DNA of 64,000 nucleotides from Epithemia pelagica (Eukaryota; Protista; Bacillariophyta). Below are positions 1-10,270 of this stretch, piece after piece. The position numbers and the translations under genes are program-made. Each line of letters starts with the position of its first letter. The stretch's first letter is position 1. The notes under the pieces were generated by a model, which was not told the origin of the DNA, searched no databases, and saw nothing but the letters and a program-made list of their open reading frames with translations. The stretch lies in NCBI GenBank assembly GCA_946965045.2, contig OX337232.1, forward strand, positions 2,914,001 to 2,978,000, written 5' to 3'.

Positions 1-294
1 AACACCAATCTATTCAATGAAATGTACGGTGCCTACAAGGAAGGTCGCGTCAAGAAGGATCCGTGTGAGGGGTGGTACGAAGGCGAACTGTGGTTCTTTG
101 ACAACTATGTGATTCCGTTGGTACGAAAACTTCGGGATTGTCAAGTGTTTGGTGCGTATTGTCAGGAAATGTTGGATTGCGCCTACGAAAATCGCTTGGA
201 ATGGGAAAACAAGGGACGAGCCATTACGGAGGAGATGAAGGAACTATTTGAAGCCTCCACGGGGGTAGGAAAGCCCTCCACGGCTCACCTATAA
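1..294 (+). CDS. 3' end of a diatom receptor-type guanylate/adenylate cyclase with C-terminal HD/PDEase-like domain (gene starts upstream of the window)
   Basis: Frame is open from base 1 (NTNLFNEMYGAYKEG...). DPCEGWYEGELWFFDNYVIPLVRKLRDCQVFG...ENRLEWENKG matches the characteristic C-terminal PDEase-like tail of this diatom family. Stop TAA ends at 294. Confidence 0.75.
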   Translation, partial: NTNLFNEMYGAYKEGRVKKDPCEGWYEGELWFFDNYVIPLVRKLRDCQVFGAYCQEMLDCAYENRLEWENKGRAITEEMKELFEASTGVGKPSTAHL

Positions 295-707
295 AGAGAT
301 TTGAAATGGAAAAGCTAGTAGAGATTCAACGCAACGGTCCACCTTGTGAACTATTTTTGGGGAAGTTAGTGTAAGGGCAATTGGGAAATGGAAATGTAAA
401 AAGTGCAGTTTATAACAAAAACACTCGACAAGCGTGTACTTTATGACACTTGTCTTGGCTTTAGTCTTGTTTGACGCTGCGTTGCCGCACATCCAAGTCG
501 ACTTTTGGTCCCTCTCTGAGATATGGTGCACTCTCCAGGAAACAGTGATGCATCTCCACGATCTTTCGTAACTACGGTAGTACATGTAGTCTCTCAAACC
601 AATGATCTGGACTACGGTAGAATCAAGTGATACATACTAGGAGTACTTGCTACTAGGTAGAGGAATTCTATCCGAGTATTGAGCTTTGTGAAAAAAGGAA
701 CGCCCCA

Positions 708-1006
708 TAGAGGTTGGTCCCGCGAGCTCAAATCGATGCGGGTAGGATACCCGCGCACTCCAGCCTTTGCGGTTCCAAGTACCCGCGTGTTCCGCAGTTC
801 CGCACCACTATGGGATTTTATGTACTCTGCACAAATTTGACGTCCGGGCGGTCACACCTCGAAAGCACCAAATCGGTGCACCCCGTCTTTACTGTGCGTA
901 GGTGCGAATAGCGCGGATCGGACCCGCCAGTCTCTTTCGTTGCGGTTCCAGGGATCAGCACCGCGGATCCCCGATCCGCAGCACCGCGGTGCAGGTCCAA
1001 CCTCTA
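708..1006. mobile_element. hAT-type MITE (299 bp, non-coding)
   Basis: TIRs TAGAGGTTGGtCCcGC (708-723) and GCaGGtCCAACCTCTA (991-1006), 14/16 match. Perfect 8-bp target-site duplication ACGCCCCA at 700-707 and 1007-1014. An 8-bp TSD with a TAG.. terminus is typical of hAT. Confidence 0.85.
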
Positions 1007-1065
1007 ACGCCCCAGCAACGTGCAGGTAGAAAGTCATATCAAGTGATATACTCTTCTCTAGCTAG

Positions 1066-1177
1066 CAAGAAAGGCGACTGATATTAAGCGAATTTTGGGC
1101 GAGTAGCTAACCCATGAGGGACGCGTAGCTTAGAGCTCACTATTTCAGTTTTTCACCTAGACACACGATCGTAATTT
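1066..1177 (+). repeat. 5' LTR of element A
   Basis: Direct repeat of 13349-13460, differing at one C/T (cacCtag vs cacTtag). Confidence 0.95.
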
Positions 1178-1195
1178 GGTTTATCAGACCCACTG
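1178..1195 (+). promoter_or_regulatory. Primer binding site of element A (GGTTTATCAGACCCACTG)
   Basis: Immediately follows the 5' LTR. The 17-mer GTTTATCAGACCCACTG also follows the 5' LTR of element C. The reverse complement reads as an anticodon arm TGGGT-CTGATAA-ACC. Confidence 0.85.
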
Positions 1196-1615
1196 CAATA
1201 ACTAATGAGATGCTATACCCACCATGGCCTGGGAAGGTCGCGAAATATCTAGATCATTCGCTTGGAAGAATGACTGCCCAAGGTTGGACACCTGTACTCC
1301 CGTTCATCTCAATAATATCTCGCCTGCAACGGGGCTCGAGATGGATGAATGTGGTGTGTGGTCCGCGTATGCGCACACACCGGGCAATGGCGGACGCGCC
1401 GAACATCCTGCCGTTGAGGATGCAGCTATACGGACATGTTCATTACTTAAATGACGTGCGCCGTCCTAGCACACCATGCAAGCTCTCCAACTCCGATTCT
1501 ACCGCTCGCTCGCAAGTAGAACTGAGACCATGACGTGAAAATTCCCCAAAGAAGAAAACCTCACTTCGCTGGAAAGTCTGAACGAGTCCGAAAAAGAAAG
1601 AGAATCCTCGCAACC

Positions 1616-3043
1616 ATGGCAGCCGCCAATCCTATGCAACTGCTCAACGTCTACATGGACGTTGTATTGCAGATTACCGATCCAGCAGTTCGTACTGCAA
1701 TCAACGGGCAAGGTCTAACCTCCGTCTATGATTTTGAGGCGCTTAGCGAAGCAGATGTCGCTGAAATTTGTACCAATGCCCGTAAACCGGGTGGCCTCAT
1801 CCCGAACCCAGATCCAGCTGGTGTGCCAGCAATGATTTCTAATCCAGGAGTGCTCATTGGACACCTGGTCGAGAAGAAACTGAAGATGCTTCGTTATTAT
1901 ATCGTGCATATCGGGAAAATAAACCGCACCTTCGCTGCGGTTCCACCAACGATGAATGACCTGAATCTGCTCTATCGATTCAAGGAAGCTGAAGACGAAT
2001 ACGATAATGATGTCGAACTACCTGGGAAACTCACCAGTGTAGACAATATTCGCGTTGTCCTCGAGGATTTGGACAATTACTTCGAGCGCAAACGTGGAGT
2101 GAGTGGCATTCCACTTGCCGCATATGTACGAGCGAATCCTGTTGTGGAACCAGAAGCAACTGATCCGAATGGCTTTGGAACACCAACCATTCTATCTGAG
2201 ATGATTCGTCGAGCATCACATGAAGGCCCAACAGCTACAACGGACATGGTTGCTGTATGGAAGACGATCCGCCATGTTACACATGATGGCCCTGGCTGGG
2301 GTTGGGTGATGTCTTTTGCACGCACTCGCAATGGACGAGCCGCTTATTTAGCTCTCAAATCCCACTATCTCGGCGATGCCTTTCAGTCACGTCTTCGGGC
2401 TAAGGCTGATCAAATCCTTGAGAGCACCTATTATGACGGGTCCAAGCGCAACTACACGTACGAGCGTTACATCGAAACTCTCCAACGAGCATTTACGGAT
2501 CTCGAATCAACAGGAGAGACCGTAAGCGAAGAGCGAAAGGTGAGAATCCTGATGACAGGAACTTCTGACTCTCGCCTTGAGAGTGCCAAGAATCAAATCC
2601 TGGCAACACCATTTCTGCGCTCTACCTTTGAGAATGCGTCAAATTTCCTTGCGGAAGTCCTTGATAGCAAGGTTTCCTATAGCGCAGCAAGTCGGAAACA
2701 AGCAAGAATCTCTGGTGTATCTACTTCCACGCCCAACAAAGGTGGTGGAAAGAATAATAAGAAAAATGAAAACAAGAAAGAGAAAGAAATAACAGACCGC
2801 TATTATAAACCCAACGAATGGGCTAAGCTCAGTGGCGAGGAACGTCAAAGAGTACGTGACGCCAGAGAAAAGCGTGATAAACGAAGAGGAGTTGGGGCTA
2901 TTTCCAGCAAGCCCAACAAGAAGCCTCGTCAAAATGATGGAGACGAAACACCCGACATTTCGGATGAATCGTCTGAGAGCCACGATAACGACACAAAGGG
3001 TGTCGGCGCTATCATGAGCCAACGTAAAAGGAGAAACGTTTGA
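1616..3043 (+). CDS. gag: Gag of CoDi element A
   Basis: ATG at 1616 (MAAANP...). CoDi gag-like segments LDNYFERKRGVSGIPLAAYVR, RNGRAAYLALKSHYLG, YDGSKRNYTYERYI, YYKPNEWAKLS. Ends at TGA 3041-3043, in frame with pol. Confidence 0.85.
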   Translation: MAAANPMQLLNVYMDVVLQITDPAVRTAINGQGLTSVYDFEALSEADVAEICTNARKPGGLIPNPDPAGVPAMISNPGVLIGHLVEKKLKMLRYYIVHIGKINRTFAAVPPTMNDLNLLYRFKEAEDEYDNDVELPGKLTSVDNIRVVLEDLDNYFERKRGVSGIPLAAYVRANPVVEPEATDPNGFGTPTILSEMIRRASHEGPTATTDMVAVWKTIRHVTHDGPGWGWVMSFARTRNGRAAYLALKSHYLGDAFQSRLRAKADQILESTYYDGSKRNYTYERYIETLQRAFTDLESTGETVSEERKVRILMTGTSDSRLESAKNQILATPFLRSTFENASNFLAEVLDSKVSYSAASRKQARISGVSTSTPNKGGGKNNKKNENKKEKEITDRYYKPNEWAKLSGEERQRVRDAREKRDKRRGVGAISSKPNKKPRQNDGDETPDISDESSESHDNDTKGVGAIMSQRKRRNV

Positions 3044-4806
3044 CATAGTGTGATGTCTGCGACAACTTCTCGTGAGATCTCAGTTCCCCTAATCAGGTGT
3101 GAACTCGACAGTCATGCGGATACATGCTGTCTGGGATCTGAATGCTATGTTCTGTATCAGACAGATACGGCTGATGTCAGTGGTTTTGTTGAGAGTCTTG
3201 GCAAGATTAAAGAGGCCGGTGTAATTACTGGTGTATTGGCATATGACGACCAGGAAACAGGCCAAACGTTCCTTCTTTATTTTCATCAAGCTCTACATCT
3301 ACCACAATTAAAAGACAAATGCCTCCTTAACCCGAATCAAATGAGGGAGGCCGGTATTGAAGTCAACGATATTCCGTTGAAATATTTGAAAGCAGGGGAC
3401 CGAACCCAACGATCCCACAGTATCATTGCAAGGGACAACGAACCGGGAGAGTTGCGCATTCCACTCGACCTTGTTGGCGTTCTAAGCCAATTCCGCACGC
3501 GCAAGCCCACGAAAGAAGAGATTGAAACAATAGATCCTTCTTGCCGAATCGACATGACGAATGAAAGACCCGAGTGGCAACCGAATGACTCAACACCTGA
3601 CGTTGATGAAAGGGCACTCCGGGATTCAGTACAAGTGAACGCCTCAGAAGAAAAGCGTGAGCGGACGATCAACCTTGCAATGACAAAGACACTAAGAGTG
3701 AATAATCGCGCCATTCATGTCCATGTATCAGATATTGGACATAGGCGAAAGGGGACAGTACGTCCAGATGAATTGGCACAGCGATGGAGTATTGGACTTC
3801 CTAGCGCTGAGCGGACATTCCAGCAGACGACACAGTTGGGTGTCCGAGAGTTCACAGATCAAGGAGGGAGTCGCCGTTTGAAACACACGGCATACCAACT
3901 GCGGCATCGCCGACTGAGAGCAGATGTGTACACCGATACACTGTTTTCTGAGACGAAATCGCTTGATCAACATACATGCGGGCAGATCTTTGCCACAGAC
4001 TTTGGCTGGGTCCATTTCGTCCCTATGCAAAAGAAAAGCGAAGCTCCGACAACGTTGCCATCTGTCTTCGACAGTTACGGCATTTTAAACCATATAATTC
4101 CTGACAACGCGCCAGAATTAACCTCGCAAGAATTCCGGAAGGTAGCCCACAAATACGGATGCCGCATTAAACCTGTGGAAGCCTGGACTCCAAACCAAAA
4201 CCTGGCTAACGCTCCAGCTGTGTTGTGGGACCATTGTCTCATGCTAATGGCAGAACGACGCTCCCACACGAGTTTTGGAAGCAATGTGAATGGTCCGCCC
4301 ATTCAGCAACTCACTGGCGATACGCCAGATATTTCCCACCTCGTTGAACATCGATGGTTTGATTTTGTTTGGTATAGTAACCCTGGCTTTGAGGGTCGCA
4401 AATTAGGCCGCTGGCTGGGACCAAGTCATACCGTTGGGCAGGCAATGTGTGCCAAAGTCTTAACTGACAAAGGAAAGATAGTTCATTGAACCTCCGTATG
4501 GCCAATCCACCGAGAATCACAAATGGATGACGCACATAAAGCTCAGCAGGCTTTATATATGGAAAACCTGAAAGCTGCCCTTGGGAATCGAATGGCCGGT
4601 ATCCCCATCGCTGATGAAGACAATAATGAGGCTGACACGCCTACCTTTGAGGCCTACGAAGATGACGAACAACCAGATGTTCGGATGCCAGAAGCCGATG
4701 CCTATGCACCCGATGCATACGATAAACTCATTTCAGCTAAAGTTATGCTGCCTCTTGGGGATGATCAACGAAAGGGGACGGTTAGAAGAAGGAAACGAGA
4801 TGCAGA
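3044..4806 (+). pseudogene. pol: pol of element A, 5' part (protease, integrase), disrupted
   Basis: Protease motif ELDSHADTCC; integrase YTDTLFS...DNAPEL; in-frame TGA at 4487-4489; apparent deletion in the integrase core near 4207; cut by element B after ...RKRDA. Confidence 0.85.
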
Positions 4807-5515
4807 TGGCAGAATTCTCACCAACAACTAGGTTGTGGTGGAATCAACAACTCATCGACTGATGCTAGTATTTTATGGCATCCGATGACATTTTCGTAAA
4901 AAGGAGAAAAGAATGACGGTATGCTCGCAGACCTTTTAATTTCGGCCAAGGCATGCTCGCAATGCACGCGTTTTGAGCGACCGATCGGATATTAATTATG
5001 GCCGAACACGTGCGCGCCTATTATTCTCAAGCGCGCGCAATCAATATCCGAGTACGCACCTCCACGACTTAGCCCAACGGCCTAAGTAACCGAAGCACGA
5101 ATCACGATCACGCGAGACCATATCTCTATTCCCACAAATCAAAGAATGCAAATAGCAACGCGCCAAGGAAACTACCTATATCATGACAAAGCAAGAGCTG
5201 TTGGCATTGGTATATGATATACAAGTGCATATACTTCCAATACACAATATCCATGTCTACTCCAACCATACCAGTCCTGTCAGCGCCATGAATATATCAG
5301 TCATGCACCCTGACCAGACCTGCACACACACACACACACCGTAGTCCTAAAGCTCACAATCATTAACATTACCATATCATCACGTCTTCAGTGTCCTGAC
5401 TATCCCTACGATAGAACCCTTGGGTTTCCTTTGTTCTCTGACCCGTGGAGAACCTTGGTATCAGTTGGTAATTGATTGTGGCTCTTCTAGAGCGTGTATT
5501 GATGAATCTCTACTA
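4807..5515 (+). repeat. 5' LTR of element B
   Basis: Direct repeat of 10271-10979; begins TGGCAG, ends CTACTA; contains a short (CA)n tract. Confidence 0.95.
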
Positions 5516-5532
5516 GATTAACAGTCTCACTG
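5516..5532 (+). promoter_or_regulatory. Primer binding site of element B (GATTAACAGTCTCACTG)
   Basis: Directly after the 5' LTR. The reverse complement CAG-TGAGA-CTGTTAA-TC has the form of a tRNA-Asn(GTT) anticodon arm. Confidence 0.75.
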
Positions 5533-5909
5533 CTTATTCACCTGCAGTTGCAATTGAAACCTTACTTACCCATCAACACCCGTTACAGATTGAGCTACCA
5601 CAACAACAAGAGTTAGAGGACAAAGCTACTCAACCCATCAACAGGGCCAGCCTGGCTAAGGCTAGGGTCACCAACCCTCTCCTATTCCAGGACCTCAAGC
5701 TGCACCAGGACTCCGTACAACTACCTTCCCAATACTCATCCAACGAGTGAACCACTTTTGTTGAGGACTACTACGAGTACGACGAAGAAGCCGCCTTCTG
5801 TTACTGAATCTCCGGTTCAACTCGATCACCGCAACGAGTCTGGAAGTGACCAAGAATAAGTAACTTTAAGTAGTTTTCACACCAAACCGGAGACAAAACC
5901 AAGTTCCGC

Positions 5910-6032
5910 ACATCCGGGTTACCTTTTGGACATCACAACACACATCCGGGTACTTTATACGTGGCACACACGTGGCACATCCGGGTTCAGAAGGCCCACC
6001 ACACATCCGGGTTGAGACTTTTACATCCGGGT
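5910..6032 (+). repeat. Five dispersed copies of ACATCCGGGT in the leader of element B
   Basis: Copies start at about 5910, 5942, 5977, 6003 and 6023. Confidence 0.85.
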
Positions 6033-6123
6033 TCTCATCACGAAGCACAAGACATTACTAAAGTTTTCGACTAAGACATTGCAGGACACATATCAACATA
6101 TCTCATCACCAAGTCGAGCAATC

Positions 6124-7329
6124 ATGGAACCGACTACATTGACCACACCAGAGTTCCACCCCAATCAAAGTATATCTGATCAAGAAGTCTTTGATCATAT
6201 TACTCAGGTGTTGTTCAACTTTTCCAAGAAAAGGGTCGATGTACTCACGAAATGGATGCATCATCATGCTTTTGATGATATACTCAGTATCATCGAACAT
6301 ATGGCGGATGACCCAGAGAAGAATATGGATAATATGGTCAAGTACAAGTCAGGAAAACAAATGCATGACCTACATATCAACACAAGCCATCAGATCAAGT
6401 TGCTTGCCTACTGGTACCGACAAAAGAGCACCGATATCCAGAGTATCCCTTCCAAGGCAACCTGGATGAATCTGACCAAGGCAGAATTTGATCTATGGAG
6501 GATAAACACTGACTTTCGCTCTGGAAGCCCTATCACTGACCCAGTATCACCCATGAAGCCTCCATCCCATTCGACGTCACCCAAATCGTTTAGTACTACT
6601 TCTGCTGCATCGCAGTCCCAACTGGACCTAACCGCATTCAAGAAGGGAACCAAGCGTGACGCTATGGCATATGAAACATTCAAGGATGAACGATACTACG
6701 ACACGTTCTGGAGGACTTTCAAGACCACAGCAATAGCCCAAGGTTTATCTAATGTTCTTGACTTCCGATACAAGCCGCCAACGAATGATACGTATGCAAC
6801 AGAACTTTTCCAAGAGCAACAAATCTTCCTATACTCCGTCCTTGTGCGCATCATCCAGACTGATCAAGGAAAAGCTTATGTTCGCGAACATGAACATGAT
6901 GAAGACGCACGAGCAGTGTTACAGAAGCTTCACACATTGCATACGAAGTCAGACTTAGCAAAACGAGAGGTCTTACGATTAACCAATTACATCTCCAACC
7001 TTCGCCTCGATGATACATGGCGTGGATCATCACATCAATTCTTGCTTCATTTCCAAGACAAACTACGTTTACTCGATAACCTTGTTGATCTCTCTGATCG
7101 CATACCTGATCACACCAGGATGACGTTTCTTATGCAAGCTGTCGAGAAGGTACCTGACCTTCACAGAGTTAAAATCTTGGACAACGTTGTCAACACAAAG
7201 TCTGGAGCAAAGTCTTTACGTTATCAATCGTACTTCTCCATTTTGATGGACGCAGCATATGACCATGATCAAGTCACGCAATCTTCTGCAACTGGTCGTC
7301 GCCGTAGTGTCAAGCAACACGAGCAATGA
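6124..7329 (+). CDS. gag: Gag of element B
   Basis: ATG at 6124. Motifs FKKGTKRDAMAYETFKDERYYDTFWR, QQIFLYSVLVRIIQTDQGKAYVREH and WRGSSHQFLLHF are typical of one CoDi gag lineage. Confidence 0.8.
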   Translation: MEPTTLTTPEFHPNQSISDQEVFDHITQVLFNFSKKRVDVLTKWMHHHAFDDILSIIEHMADDPEKNMDNMVKYKSGKQMHDLHINTSHQIKLLAYWYRQKSTDIQSIPSKATWMNLTKAEFDLWRINTDFRSGSPITDPVSPMKPPSHSTSPKSFSTTSAASQSQLDLTAFKKGTKRDAMAYETFKDERYYDTFWRTFKTTAIAQGLSNVLDFRYKPPTNDTYATELFQEQQIFLYSVLVRIIQTDQGKAYVREHEHDEDARAVLQKLHTLHTKSDLAKREVLRLTNYISNLRLDDTWRGSSHQFLLHFQDKLRLLDNLVDLSDRIPDHTRMTFLMQAVEKVPDLHRVKILDNVVNTKSGAKSLRYQSYFSILMDAAYDHDQVTQSSATGRRRSVKQHEQ

Positions 7330-8422
7330 TGTTGAGGGATCCCTTCAGGAAGACGATGCATATCAGATAAACAATACCAACGTCCAAGATGATAACACGG
7401 CATCTCCAAAAGCCAGTCTTCCTCGTGACCTATGGTTTAAACTTCCTGAGGATGCTCGCAAGGTGATTGTTGAGTATAACAAGAACGTGCAAGCTCCTAC
7501 TCCAAGTCCAAGAAACGTACAGCAACACTGCCTTGACATTGATCCTGAACCTGATCCTGACCCTGGTCAAGATGTTTTCGACGACCTGGACAACCTCACA
7601 TATCCGCAGGATGATTCCGATCCAGCCACCCATCTCATCCATCAAGCAATGACGTCAACCGACCTCAATCATCCAGCTTCTGATTTGTCTAATGTTCTAT
7701 CCAATGCCGCATCCAAGACGAGTAAGAAAGTTAGTTTCAAACAGAAAGAGCACAAGCAGAAGATCCACATGGCTCAGTACATGTTCTCTCGAAAGTCAAC
7801 CTATACTGGGAATCAACTCATCGATCGCGGTGCCAATGGTGGTTTAGCCGGAGCTGATATGCGTATCCTTTCCAAGACAGGTCGTAACATCACGACTGTG
7901 GGAATCGACAACCATGAGCTTACTGGTCTCCCTATTGTCACTTGTGCTGCCAAATTTGAAACTAATGACGGGCCAATCGTCGGCATCTTCAACGAATATG
8001 CATACTATGGAAAAGGACAGTCTATACATGCGCCTTGCCAATTAGAACATTATGGACTATCTGTGGATGAACGTTCTGTCACGGTGGATGGGAAGCAACG
8101 CATCACTACTCTTGATGGACGTGCTTTACCTCTCTGTATCAAGGATGGTCTTGCCTATATTCAGTATTTGGGTGTTCCTTCTGATGACGACATGGACAGA
8201 TCTGCTAAAGTTGATGGCAAACAATGCATCACTATACTTGGTGGACGTGCTATCCCTCTTCACAACAAAAATGGATTATCATACATCCACTCCCTTGGTA
8301 TCCCCAGTGATGATGACATGGACACATTACCCCAAATCATCTTCATGTCACCTGACATCTGGGATCCTGGTGTTTTAGATCATTTGCATCCTGCCTCATC
8401 ACCTGACAGTGCTTCTAACTAG
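7259..8422 (+). pseudogene. Gag C-terminus plus aspartic protease of element B (frameshifted relative to gag, ends prematurely)
   Basis: SLPRDLWFKLPED, protease LIDRGANGGLAG, internal 126-nt tandem duplication at 8084-8323, stop at 8422. Confidence 0.75.
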
Positions 8423-8446
8423 CAACAAGTCAACACTGATGGTAGT

Positions 8447-10200
8447 ATGACGCATCACCCATATGACAATGACAATTATGGGGAGTACACTGATCGTGAT
8501 GTCTGTAACCTCACTCACCTTTTGGATTTACCTTACGATCATGGACCTGATACACCTTCCTTCTCCTCACCCCTTATTGGAGACTCTTGTTCCAAACTGT
8601 ACCATCAAGATCACAACATGAGGACTGAGAAGTGTTATCCTACCGTTAAGAAGATGCCTTACGTCATCATAAACGTTTCTGGTCATCTTCCTCTTCAGAT
8701 CCTCAATGGTCGCCCACCCGATTTTTCCCAACCCCTTTTCTTCCTTCTCTGCGACAAGGTCTTCTCCTGTACCGAATCTTATGCACCCTATCTTTGTCCG
8801 GATGCCTCTTCAGGGGAGGAGTCATTTCCAAATAAACCCAATGACAAGCAAGCTGACACCGTTTTCATTTGTAGCAAAGGTGAAGATCCATCCGCACAAA
8901 TGCTTACGATCAAGAACTGCGACAAAATTTTTGGACAAGCGTTTCCTTACAAACCAGCAGAGGGAAATGGGGAGCAACAACAAGCATGTATAATCCAACA
9001 CGTCAATTTAGAACAAGACGCTTTCAAGCAAGAAGCATGTATCAAGAAGTACATTTTCTGCAAACACAATTCCAATATTGAGAAGAAGGTGATCTCATGC
9101 AGTCAACTTGTGGAATACAATGGACAGGACAACCAGGAACAGGCAACTGAAGATGTTGTTTTCCAATTCAGAGATGTTGTCATACATCAAGGACCTTCGA
9201 GCAGTAACAACAACCCTGACTACAAAGGAAGTTGCTGAAATGTACTTGTTGATTGGGAGACTGGGGAGATGATCTTTGAGCCTCCAACACCCACCATAAC
9301 CATTGTCTATGGCAAGAAACATGACCTACTGAATGAACTTGGATGGAAGCATTTCAAGCATTTTGTCAAGATCAGTGAATGCCTCATTCAAGCTGCTAAA
9401 CAGCAGTCAAGAATCAAGCAACTCAGTTTTTTTGTCAAGTACAAGTTTGGTTACCCACACGTTCCACAGACACACAAAGAAGCAATTGTTTTAGACAAGC
9501 AACATGGCAAAAACAAGTGGCAAGACACTACCGATTTTGGACCCTCACAGATTCAATCACTCAAGACATTGAAGGATCATGATCAAGTTCAAGTCCATCT
9601 TGGGAAAATGTTAGATGCACAAGAAGAGTATCACAACAAGATTCAAGTCTATCGTGTGAAACATGATGATAGATGCAAGGCACTTCTCGTCACGTGTGAA
9701 CATTTTACCAAAGAACCAGTTGAGGCAATCTGTCCATGTGCTTTTTCCTTTTGCAACTTTCATACTACCATCTACCTTGGGCCTCTCAATGATATGGATA
9801 TATGGAGAGCATACATTGGAAATGCATGCAACCTGAAAGCTTTAGCTGGGGAGAAGACCTTGATAGTCGCAAGACAAGAACTCAAGGAATTATGTCACAC
9901 CTTGGTTACCTACTACAAGACCTCAAATGGATTCGATTCTTCAGGAGAACGTCAACATGACTGTTTATTTGATGTCTTTCTTGATATGGATTTGTCACCA
10001 AGTAAAGCAATTCCCAATGTTTGGATGAAGAAAGCACCCGGGGAGAAGAGCTCTGAAGGTATCTGCAACAACTTTACACTCAAGAATGATGGATTTATTA
10101 TCAACTGCCTCAGACGTTTTTATACACCAATCCAGAAGATGTTCTCGGCAAACATTGGAAATTCTCCACATGCTAGACGATGTTCAAGACCTTCTTCTTC
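8447..10200 (+). pseudogene. pol: Heavily decayed pol remnants of element B (integrase C-terminus, chromo-like segment, partial RT; no RNase H)
   Basis: Recognisable fragments FQFRDVVIHQGP..YKGS*NVLVDWETGE, YKFGYPHVPQTHKEAIVLDKQHGKNKWQD, VKHDDRCKALLV, AYIGNA. No integrase core, YxDD or RNase H motif seen. Confidence 0.7.
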
Positions 10201-10270
10201 TTCTGGAACGGAAACAATCACAAGAACAACAAAGGAAAATAACAATCCTCACTCGACAAATTGTGGGGAG

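Noticed and set aside
1178-1195. PBS motifs taken as tRNA genes
   Set aside because: Only 17-18 nt of an anticodon arm is present; there is no acceptor stem, D-arm or T-arm.
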